Shown here piece after piece: positions 1 through 12,300 of a DNA stretch of 64,000 bases. This DNA comes from Bugula neritina. Lineage: Eukaryota; Animalia; Bryozoa. Location of the stretch: the NCBI GenBank assembly GCA_964035545.1, contig OZ037769.1:17142633-17206632 (forward strand), read 5' to 3'. The notes below the pieces were generated by a model. The model was not told the DNA's origin. It saw nothing but the letters and a program-made list of their open reading frames with translations, and did no database searches. Both the position numbers and the translations under genes were made by a program. Position 1 is the first letter of the stretch, and the number at the start of each line of letters is the position of its first letter.

Positions 1-3000
1 TTATAGTTAGCACGTGCAGCATAGTTACTGGCGTTCACACGTCACGTATTAGGCTATTCTTTTTCATGGCTGAAAATTTTACCTCCCTCAAAATTGGAAT
101 TTTGAAAAGCTGTTTTCTAGGCATATATCCCTTTGCAAAGTCACAATTGTTTGCATACACATTAGATTATAGTTTATAATTATAATGTGATTGTAATAAA
201 CTAAGATAGAGCAATCCTTTAAGTTGGTGGTATCGATTGCAATCTGCCACCATGAGCATAGGCACAACAGGCACAGCTGTATGCTTCAAGAAGTAATACT
301 AATAGAGTTAGACATTGAATATTTCATCCATGTAATATACTTATAGTTGTTTGAACCAATTCCTTAAACTAAAGCAATGAATATATTTGTTAATTAGTTG
401 TTCATCTATATTCTTATTGATAATTTTCTTTTTATAAAAATAGTATTGATTTACCAATAAAAAATTAACAGCGTAATTAAATATTATGTGAAAACCTGCT
501 TTTTTTCACTAACTAGTTTGAAGTTACTTTCTCTATAAAACAGTAGGCGTGTACCCCTTAGCAGCTATTCATTGGTGCAGGAGAAACCTAAACTAGCCAA
601 TGAAAAGAATATTATAATTCACATCGATTTTTCTGAGCAGCTGCCTGTGCGCAGATAAACTATACATTTTATCAAGAAATTTGTGACCAAAACGTTACTA
701 TAGCGCATTTTTAACACTTTTATATTGAGAACTAGGGCTACTAATTTTTTGAAAATGAATAAAAGATGCGGGTTTACAAAACATACAAAACTCAAGCTAA
801 ACTTATTCATCATTACGATTAATGAAACTTATAGCCCGTGATCTAAATTTATTGAGAACTGGTGTCTTACCTTTATTATAAAACTTCGTTATAAATCTAT
901 TTTATTGATTATTGTTAAAATATGGAACAAGTGTTTGCAGGTTGAGTCGTTATACCAGTATTTGAAAAGCTCGTACTAGAACATTAACTATAGCTGCCAA
1001 TAAGTTATTGAATAACTGCTTTGAAAGCAAATTCACATTTTAGGCTTTATTAACACTTGCAGTAAGTATGATTTGTTAAAAGCAAATGGAGCTAACCTAG
1101 TAGTAGTACTAGTTAGACTAATAAAGTTAAGCAGAGTCAGAGGTAGGCTTTTACTTTTAGTTTTAGTTTTACTTTTTTAGTTTTAGTTTTACGTATGCCG
1201 TTTGAAGTTTTTATTTTCATTTTACTGTTACCTTTTCACTTCTGGTTGTTACTCTCAAAGTCAATGTCACTTTGATAGTGACTCTCTAAACAGGGGCTGT
1301 TGGTCCTTGTGAGGAATTTTAATTTTGAGTGAGTGGCTTTAAACTGACTGACCTCTCTTTCATTTTCACTTCTGTTCTTACTCATGTTGAACTTGAGCGT
1401 GAAGTAGTGAACTGTTGAAGTGATGCTGTAAATTACATTTATTAACAGGAACTGAGTTTGATAACGTTGAATCTTAACGTACTCGTACTCGTACTCATAC
1501 TGATAGTGATACATATATTAATATTGGAGTTTATGAAGTGATTATAATTGCTATATCAATAACATCATGATTTTCATTATGAATAACCATACTCATAATG
1601 TTTAATGGTATTCATAATGATAATGGTTACATTTATAATTTATGTTTAATGATTTATAAATAGTTGTAATAATGATAATAAATATTGATGTAAATCATTA
1701 TGATTAAGGTGTCATTCCAGTTAGACGCTAGGCTAAATTTCCCACTTCTGCTCTTTCCACTTGAACTCTTCTTAGCTAAAAGCTATTTTTTTTATTTTGG
1801 TACAATATATATTCTATGTGCAAGTTATTTGAATATTATTGAAATATAAGTATATTTAAATAAACTGGGATCAATTGCTCATTATTTAGCACATATAAAT
1901 AAATTCCTTTGATCTGCATTAACCTATTAATTTTGCATTTTATATACTTCTTGTTGTTTAAAAAGATATTTTGATAATAAGCATTCATTAAAGATAGTAT
2001 CTATTATTAACTTATTAGTGCTTTTTTTGTCTCGTACATATATCTGTGAAAATTGGAATATTATCCTAGTTAATTTCTATTAGCTATTATAGCCATTAGC
2101 TATAGCTATTTAGTAATCAATGCAGCATTTTTATGGGCATATAATATATGTATGTATGTAATGGTACCAAAATAAAAAATAGCGTCTAACTGGGAAACGT
2201 CTGCCTCGGATCAAACCATGATTATTTATTATTTGAATTTGACAATGCAATTTTTAAAGTTAAATATAGTCATTATAATATAATAATTTAGGGTAACTAT
2301 AAACTAACCTAAATTTACAAACCTTCACTTTACCCATTGAATGTTACCATTGCTAATTGACCAATATGAACATGGATATTAAATGCAATACTGATATAGG
2401 AATTGGAAGACCCTAAAACTCATTAATATACTAATACCTATGTTTATAATTATATTGTTATAGTTACAAATACATGATGAATGAATTTATTTATTATAGT
2501 AATTATAGAAATATTCTGAGTATGTAATAATATTTTATTAATAGATTAGGGCATAGCCACATAGGTAATAGCACTACGTAATGATAAACATGAAATTATA
2601 AAATAAACTAAACAGCAATAAATATGAATATAATTGAATAAGAACATAAATATGCAAATCAAAGTGTAAAAATCATAGTGAATATACATTTTAATATAGG
2701 TAGTAATTTTAGCTTAGACTTCACATGTTGCTTATATTTATATAGTGTTGCTTTATTTTAACTCTGACTCTTATTTAGATTGGTTAATGTTATTGTATTA
2801 GTGTGATTAATATTTAATAATAATAATTAATAATATTTAATGACAATAATATTTAATAGTTTATTGCACTATTATTATGCTCAATATCCTTAAATCACTA
2901 ATAAAAGTTGTTATGGTAAGTTGATACTAATGCAAATCAATTATTTAATCCTTAATTTAAAATTTGGAAAAATAATCTTTATAATTATCAACCTTATGAC

Positions 3001-4034
3001 TTTTTTGGGGAGCTAGCAAGATCCTAAAGACTTCATTTTAGTAACATGTAAAGAATTTACTATTCCTGACTAATTTACATTTGATTTAATTACTTTAAGT
3101 TTTCCTCTGCAGATCAAAGTCTTGCATTTCAGTGAGAAAGTATTAGTATATTTATGACTGAGAAAACACAATTCCAAACTGCAAAACAAGTAGCACATAG
3201 GTTAAGTTGCTGTTTATTCAATATTAAGATGGCAAACATGATAGCCATATGCATGCAGTTAGGATTTTTACTTCACTAAGTGGTTATCGGTAAAAGCGAG
3301 TCCAGTTTGAACGGCGTTTGATCTATTGATCTGTGCGGCTAAACACACACCTACATAGTACACAGTACTTGCTAACTAGTATCAAGCTAATATAATATTA
3401 ATTGAACATCACAGGTAGTAATACTATTGCTGCCAGCTTAGCCACAGGCTCAACTAAGGTTCTAGCAGCTCAAGTAAGCCATTTATACCTTGATTTAAAT
3501 ATTTTGGTTCTTCACGTCGAAATTGCTGCCTGCTTGATATTGAGTGTAAATACTTTAATCAGTTTGCGTGTACAAGATATAATGGTAATCAATGCTAACT
3601 TATTTTCAACAGCTTTGTTAAATGGTAGCATTTATACTCCCTTCTCCGTTGGTGTAGGAAATAATCTTTTTCTCCAAGTCATTTCCCTCTCAGTTGCTTG
3701 TTGCAAATTATCTCAGAGCATTCTTCAGTTATCATTCTTACTTTTCTACTGAATACGGAATAAAACAGGCAAGTCTGTCTGTCTGTTTGTCTGTATCCAG
3801 CTTCATTCAGTTATTACAGTTACTCCTATCACTATACTATTTGGCATTTGAAAGTAGTGAATTTTCAAGCCAAGTTCTGCACATACACGTACATAGATAG
3901 GCTCATACATCAGTATCTTGTATAACATTTAGTGAAAATCACTCCTTAGTATGACTATCTGCAGTGAGAATACTCTGCTTTGATAGGTTCTAGAATAAGA
4001 CTAAGTTCCTAAAGCGCTCATACACTGTCTAAAG

Positions 4035-4216
4035 ATGGGGTGCACTCTGAGTGCTGAGGAAAAGGAGGCTATGGAGAGAAATAAGGCTATAGAGAAAGGA
4101 CTGAAAGAGGACGGCATGCAAGCTGCTAAGGATATTAAACTACTGCTGCTCGGTGAGATGGCATCTGTTACTAGTACTAGTAGTACTAGTAGTAGTAATA
4201 GTAGCAGTAGTAGTAC

Positions 4217-4248
<32 letters not shown>

Positions 4249-4264
4249 CTAGCAGTAGTAGTAC

Positions 4265-4299
<35 letters not shown>

Positions 4300-4357
4300 C
4301 TAGTAGTAGTAGTAGTAGTTCTAGTAGTAGTTCTAGTAGTAGTAGTAGTAGTAGTTC

Positions 4358-4413
<56 letters not shown>

Positions 4414-5585
4414 CTAGTATGAGTAAAGTAATGCAGTTACTTTAGTACCAAAGAACTGCATGTTAAAGTATTGCTGCCAGCCATCGATATGCTGTCTTGT
4501 AAAACATACTTTCAACACACGGAGATATTGATTTATGAAATATAGGCTTTTACATTTCACAGTGCGATTGTGTACATTGTATCTAATGTGTCTAATGTTA
4601 TGTAGATGTGTCTATTATTAACTCACTTAGAGTAAGTAGCTGTGCTCTACTTGCTCTACATGCATTTCACCCACTGTTTATTGGGACACCTCCCTAGCCA
4701 CCCCTACTTTCTCTCAACTTATTCTTATGTTTGCAGGGGCTGGAGAGTCTGGTAAAAGCACCATAGTAAAGCAGATGAAGTAAGTATGCAGCCCACTAGT
4801 CCAGTCCTCTATCACTTGGCCAATCATGAGCATTCTGTGCTCTGATTGGTCAATATTGTAATCTGGTGTATTCTCTAATCTTTGTGGGATTCTCACAACT
4901 TCCACCCCTCAGCGTAATGCTGGGAATTCTGGCAATTATTGGCTATGTCTTGGTGAATCGAGCTAGGGTAAGGGTGTAAGGTAGGGAGAGGTGTAGGGAG
5001 AGGTGTAGGGTAGGGGTGTAGGGTAGGGGTTTGGGGGTAGCTTTCGAATAGAGAGTTCTAAGTAGTGTTGAATTGGTCTGTAGTTCTACCTGTTCTGGCA
5101 GCATCTTCTGTCAGCTATCAGTTCTGTGCCCTCTTCCTTGTCCTTATCTTCATCATCTGGCAGCTGAAAAACCCCAGTTGTGTAGGAGAAGAGTTTAGCT
5201 AGAGAATTGTTGTGTATTTCGAGTGAGAAGAACTAAGTCTATGGAACAGACTAATGCTGCTCACAGACGACATTGATTTGGGAGAGGCAGTTGATTGCCA
5301 GGCAAAGGTTTAGGGCCCAGAGGGAGCTCTACTGTAGCTAGTACTACTCACTAAAACTCTAGTAATATCTCTAAAACTCTTTATAGTTAGCAGTATAAGA
5401 TTAGCTGTGGAGGTCAAAGTACTGTTCTATTGCTATTGCTAAAGACACGGTATTGATTGTTTTAATATCATTCGTTAACTTAATTTACTCTCTTCACTCC
5501 TCAGTACAGGCTCTGTCAACAGAATACCTTTATAACTCTAAGCTCATTCACATACAGCTGTATCCCCTCTCCCTCTCCCTCTCCC

Positions 5586-5641
<56 letters not shown>

Positions 5642-6218
5642 CTCCCTCTCTCCCTCTCTCCCTCTCTCCCTCTCTCCCTCTCTCCCTCTCTCCCTCTCTC
5701 CCTCTCTCCCTCTCTCCCTCTCTCCCTCTCTCCCTCTCTCCCTCTCTCCCTCTCTCCCTCTCTCCCTCTCTCCCTCTCTCCCTCTCTCCCTCTCTCCCTC
5801 TCTCCCTCTCTCCCTCTCTCCCTCTCTCCCTCTCTCCCTCTCTCCCTCTCTCCCTCTCTCCCTCTCTCCCTCTCTCCCTCTCTCCCTCTCTCCCTCTCTC
5901 CCTCTCTCCCTCTCTCCCTCTCTCCCTCTCTCCCTCTCTCCCTCTCTCCCTCTCTCCCTCTCTCCCTCTCTCCCTCTCTCCCTCTCTCCCTCTCTCCCTC
6001 TCTCCCTCTCTCCCTCTCTCCCTCTCTCCCTCTCTCCCTCTCTCCCTCTCTCCCTCTCTCCCTCTCTCCCTCTCTCCCTCTCTCCCTCTCTCCCTCTCTC
6101 CCTCTCTCCCTCTCTCCCTCTCTCCCTCTCTCCCTCTCTCCCTCTCTCCCTCTCTCCCTCTCTCCCTCTCTCCCTCTCTCCCTCTCTCCCTCTCCCCTCT
6201 CTCCCTCTCTCCCTCTCT

Positions 6219-6312
<94 letters not shown>

Positions 6313-9300
6313 GTTGTCCGCTTTTCACACCCATTTTCTGATTTCTTGTATAAATATGTACCTATAATAACTAAATTTTATTAGTGAAACTAACTACAGC
6401 AGCTGCAATGGCCCATATTTGAGATTAGTAGACTATCATGGGTTTATTAGTACAGGCTTGCACAGTTGCTCTGTAATTGAGCAAGAGAGAGAGTATTATT
6501 TGATGCACACTTGTTCTATCATTATCTCTATGTTATGATATTTAGTTTTAATTCAGCTTCTTACTCTGCTAGCCTACCTTGGTAATTAAACAAATCTGCA
6601 GGAATTACTAGATTAGAGTGATTGGTTGAAGCTCCGTGTTACTTCTACATTTATCCTTGTCAGTATAGTTGAGGGCTTCTCAACTTGTCATGGAATCAAC
6701 TCACAAGAATATAGAAACATAAAACAAGTAAATTTCTGCATTAAAGTGCTACTGACTCTTCCTTTCTAACACTGCTGCCATTATCAATAAATTCTCACAA
6801 ACTTATGGGTCTCTCATAATGTCAAGTTGCATTTGAAATATTTTAGTTTTCCTTTCTTTTGGTATTATTTTGCTTCACTTTAATACAATATGGCAGAAAA
6901 AGGAGTAAATGTTTCACTGCAACTTGTTTCTGCTTTTTCATCCACGTTTGACGACTACTGCACGATGTGTGAAACAATCAGGTAGTTGTGTGGAGCATGA
7001 CATTCAAATAGATTGACCTAAAGTCAGTGTTGCGTATCGTGTCAGTAAACAATGGGTGAGGGATGCTATTTTAGACACAGATTTTCTTTGTTAATTCTAA
7101 GCTGGTGGAGAATACTTGTTAGAATATGCCATCATATATAATTACAAGAATAGCTGAATATACTTCTTGGTAAACAGCAAGATGGACTCAATGTGTACTT
7201 GGTTGTGGAGACAACTGTAGGTCACACTTCGTTGGTTTCAACACGACAAATGGCTATTATGGTATTGAGATTTCTGTCAAGAAAAATAGGCTAGCTGGTT
7301 TCAATATTGGATAACGAGATGTTAAAATGGTAGTTAATAATAACTGTGGTAGTTAATAAAACATTCTGGATTTTTTATAATTTACGAAATATGGTCAGAT
7401 TCTATTCACTTTGAAAACTTTCAATAGCTTCATTTATATTTCTTTAAACGGCAAAAACCTTTTTAAAACTGTACTGGCCCTAATCATTGTATTTATCATC
7501 TAAAAGAGTCAGCCATGTTGTATAAAGCAAAACAATACTTGCTATTTCAATGTCATTCTAAAAATTTAAAAAGAATTATTTACACTTGAAATATAAATAA
7601 AATGTGAAGAATTTTTGGAAAAAATAGTGATTTTAACAGCCGGTGCTGGTTGTTTTATAAGTTTGCTGGTTCAAAACAGTTCATTACTCTTTTCGATATG
7701 GATGACGAAAGTAAGGATGAAAGACAGCTGATAAAGGAAGTCGGCCATGCCATGTACAAGGGTGATATCAAACGTTTCAGAGAAATTGTTGAAGACCCCG
7801 AGTTTTGTATCAATGCACAGGTTGCTGAAAATGCCCCTATTTTAATCTATGCTGTTATTCTTGGAAATTTGGAAATGGTTAAGGAAATACTGGCTCATCC
7901 GAACTTCTCCGCTTGCCAATCTATGATGGGACCAAAGGAAATGACCGCGTATCATTTCGTTAAAAAGGATAATTTGGAGTGCATCAAAGCTCTGTACCCA
8001 CTGTGCAAAGAATATCTGAATTTCTGTGGAGGAAAACATCACTTGAAGCCCTTGCAGTTGGCTATAAGAGAGGGCACTGCAGCTGTGGACGCTTTGCTCG
8101 GTTTAGGAGCTGATCCCACCGCCCTCCTCGACTCTGCTAACTCTGAGGTAATGGAAGAACTGCTCCGTCCCGACAATGAGAACAGTCTAGCACTTTTCAG
8201 GTATTTCATGTACCAAAGACTTCATCAATACCACGTCCTGCATTCTGGCTCGGACAGTCGAGTTTACTCCCTGCTTTATTATGCAATCAAGGTTGGACAC
8301 TGTAAAGCTGTCTGTGAGCTACTCAAACGTGGGGCCAAGGTCAATTATAAGATTCGACCCACTTTTGACAATGCCAACTTATCCAATGTAGCTATAAGGA
8401 ATGTTCAAGTAAGGAACCCCCAATACGGTGCCAAACCAGAAGACACTGTAGAGATAGCGTGGAGGGTGATTGAAGCCTCGGCTGAACCTCCCAGCTTCTT
8501 TGTCATTCTGGAGTTTTATACTACGCATCTGGCTCGTAAATTATCTTGCCTTGGTGCTGAGGAGAGACTGCCTAAACATCTCGTGGAAGGGCTCATGCGA
8601 ATCTTGGCTGCCGCATTCGCCAACACTCACTCTTTACAGAATGACGAGCTTATCAGCTACAATCGCAGTCCTTGTAACTTTGTGCTCATCAACTGTCAGA
8701 ACTCTCCTCTCCAGCAACTTGCTGCCAACAGTTTGAGAAGGCAGCTGCTAGAGAATGGACAGAATAACATTGCTGAGGCGTTACACTGTGAACGGATTGA
8801 TCCAGGGCTCCACTCCATGATTGCGATGGATAAAGTTAGAGACAAGTATTTAGAGCGTATTAGGGCCCATTTTTATAGAGATTAAACCAAGTATTTTGGT
8901 GAATAGAGTTTTACTTGGTTGTGTGTTATGTGACTTGACAGAATGTAGCGATACTGCGACATTAGCTGCCACTCCCCAGGACCATTTAATGCATTTTTAA
9001 TAATATTTCCTGTTGATACATAATAAATAATAGAGAAAATTTCATATAAATTTGTCGTAATGCTGTGATATTATTCTCCTGTGAAGCTAATGTACCCCAA
9101 GGTAAGTTTTCAAATTGACAGACTTTGTCAATTGTGCACATTTATTGTTTTAAGGAAGAGCTCTCAGCAAAAGACTTTTCATGAGGGTTTTATTATAGAA
9201 TATAAAGTAAGTTAAAAGTTTACAAGAACAATATAAAATCCATTTTTTTACCACCAAACTTTTACCTATCACTCAGTAAGCATATCACACAGTAAACATC

Positions 9301-12300
9301 ATATTAAGCATATCTCTCACTTTCCACTGTGTAACTCAGTAAATTGTGGTAAGCAGTGAAGCTGTAGCAATGTTGTTATAATCAATGTGCACAGTGGGCC
9401 ACCTCAGCTATTGTGTGGGTACAATAGCTGGAATATGATCATTCATACAGTAACTCTCAGTATTGCTAGCTCACTGTGCTGTTTACTATGAGGAAGAAAT
9501 GAGAGACTGGCATCTATTATCATCTCAATTCTCTAGAGTGGCTCTTCATGTTTTCAAACAATAGTGTACAATGAATAGTCTATAAACTAACACTAGCAGC
9601 AATCACACGCTGTCAGCATTCTCTCCCAGGCAGCAACATTCTCCTGCTACTCTGACCTCCTTTAGTATGTGTGCCTTCTTTCACCCTGTTTCCTTGTCTT
9701 GATGTAGCTTATTCTTATAGTGTTGACTGTTACCATAGCAACCACTGCTGTGTTGACTGTTACCATAGCAACCACTTCTGCGTTGACTGTTACCGTAGCA
9801 ACCACTGCTGCGTTGACTGTTACCGTAGCAACCATTGCTGTGTTGACTGTTACCATAGCAACCACTGCTGTGTCGACTGTTACCATAGCAACCACTGCTG
9901 TGTCGACTGTTACCGTAGCAACCACTGCTGTGTTGACTGTTACCATAGCAACCACTGCTGTGTTTACCAATACTGTCTCCAATGTTTACACTGCCCATGG
10001 TTGTGTAGGTTGAAATGTTATCAGGTTAAATATCCTTTCTTGTGTACCTTGTGGTATTTAGACTTCTCTCTGAAAGGTTGGAGCAGGCATTGGAGTAATA
10101 CACTTTACCTGCATGTCATCATTATATCATCATTATTATTCAACTATAATAGTCCTCTCAAGTTACAATACAGTAAACTTACCCACACATAGGATCTCAT
10201 TACAGTGTCATGCTTTGGTATTGTTGGTTCCTCCTAATCAGTTGGGGCGGGGTGTGGGACAGTGTTTCCCCAATCAGTTGGGGGCAAACAGGGTAGTGAT
10301 CACATGATTTCCTAAATTTGTATGCTTCTAGAATCATCCATGAAGGAGGTTTCACTCAAGAAGACAACAAACAGTACAGAGCTGTGGTATACAGCAACAC
10401 CATTCAGTCCCTATCAGCCATCATCAAGGCCATGTCCATGTTGAAGCTGTCCTACAGTAACGACGCTAGACAAGTATGGAGTTATCTCTCCTAGTCTGTG
10501 TACTATTACAGTGTGTCGAGTATGTACTATGTGGTGTAGTCTGGGTGAGGGGGTGGTGGGGGGAGCGTTGTAGTAATGAAGACATCCTTGCTGTGTGTTG
10601 TAGAGAGAAGGTGCAATGGTTCTAGATGTCATTGCCAAGATGGAGGATACAGAACCGTTTGGAGATGAGCTGCTGGTTGCCATGAAGAACCTGTGGAATG
10701 ATTCGGGGCTACAAGAGTGTTTCTCCCGGGCCAACGAGTATCAGCTCAATGACTCTGCTAAATAGTAAGCTGCCGCCATTCTCTAGTTGTATGCTGCCCG
10801 CTAGTCTCTAGTTGTATGCTGCCGCTAGTCTCTAGCACTATGGTGTGCTGCCTGTACGATGCGCTGCTTGCTGCTGCCAGTGATTTCTCTGCTAACATCT
10901 GGTGACTCATAAAGCTGTGAAATTTGCTAATTTTAATGGCAAATAGTTTTTTCTTGTTGAAATGATTTAATCAATTCTCTTTAAGTCTAAGGCTTAGTGA
11001 GTGGTACTCTCAGTGATAGTACCAGTGAGTGATACTGTACAGAGTTGTTGCTAGTGCAAAGCCATAACAATGTGTGACAAGCTAGTGTGTGTTCTGCAGT
11101 TTCTTAGACGCTCTGGATAGGCTGGGACAGCCCGACTACGTCCCAACCGAGCAAGATATTCTCAGAACCAGAGTTAAAACTACTGGAATAGTGGAAGTGC
11201 ACTTCTCTTTTAAGAATCTCAACTTTAAGTAAGTTTCCCTGATGTTAGAGTATGACCTGCGGTAACCATGGTAACTGCTGCAACCATGCCCCACTGTGTG
11301 AGTTACTAACCCTGGTATAACCTAACTTGTGCTAAGGTGACACCATGATGACACCCCTGTGCCAGTGTCATCATGGTGTCACCCTAGCTTATCTCCAAGC
11401 AGTTGAGACATGCCGTTGCTGAATTACAATCACCTGACAGGTCTTCACAAATGCTGTTTGGGTCATGGAGTGGAGGGCTTCTGTAATTGCGCTTCTTTGC
11501 TCATCATGAGATATTACCTTGACCTTAGGGCTCATCATGAGATATTACCTTGACCTTAGGGTTTAGACTAGTTAATGTGAGTCAGCCATTACTATAATAA
11601 ATAGCTGCATGCTGCGTTACCTATTCAACATATTACTATCTATGCATATCACAGGTAAAGGTAAGTACTGAACATATTACTATCACTATGCATATCACAG
11701 GTAAAGGTAAGTACTGGACATATTACTATCACTATGCATATCACAGGTAAAGGTAAGTACTGAACATATTACTATCACTATGCATATCACAGGTAAAGCT
11801 GATGTAAGCTGAGAACTGCTCTTTAAAGCCAGGTGTGATAGAGTTGACATTTGAAATCAATATCTTAAATGAAGTAATTATCACATTAAACAGAGTGTAA
11901 TCATAGTCTCCCGTGTAGAGCGGTGGTATTGATTGGCTGCATTGGCTTGACAATAATGTAGCCAATCATCCGGTTTTTCAACTCTCGGCAAATTGCTCAT
12001 CTTGACCTCTTAAGATTACACAGGAAATAACAGCCTCTCTCTGGCCTCCTTTAATTTCTCTGTCATTCAAACTACGACTATATAGCTGAATTCCTATTAA
12101 GTTCCAATGGCTGGACGACACAACAAATAGTTATCAACATGGTTGTGTCTGTTCTCTCTTCTAGATTGTTTGATGTCGGGGGTCAGAGGTCAGAGCGGAA
12201 GAAGTGGATTCACTGTTTTGAAGACGTCACGGCAATCATATTCTGTGTCGCTATGAGTGAATATGATCAGGTCCTTCACGAAGATGAGACTACGGTAAGT

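Noticed and set aside
3402-3900. ORFs upstream of Gao
   Set aside because: Non-ATG starts and no recognisable motifs; probably promoter or 5' UTR sequence.
5453-6367. Long ORFs (poly-SL/SP, poly-RE/RG) on both strands
   Set aside because: Translations of a C/T microsatellite in Gao intron 2; no coding evidence.
9662-10192. Cys/His-rich metallothionein-like or Thr-rich antifreeze-like repeat ORFs
   Set aside because: All frames of a 30-bp minisatellite are open by construction; no convincing start or splice context.
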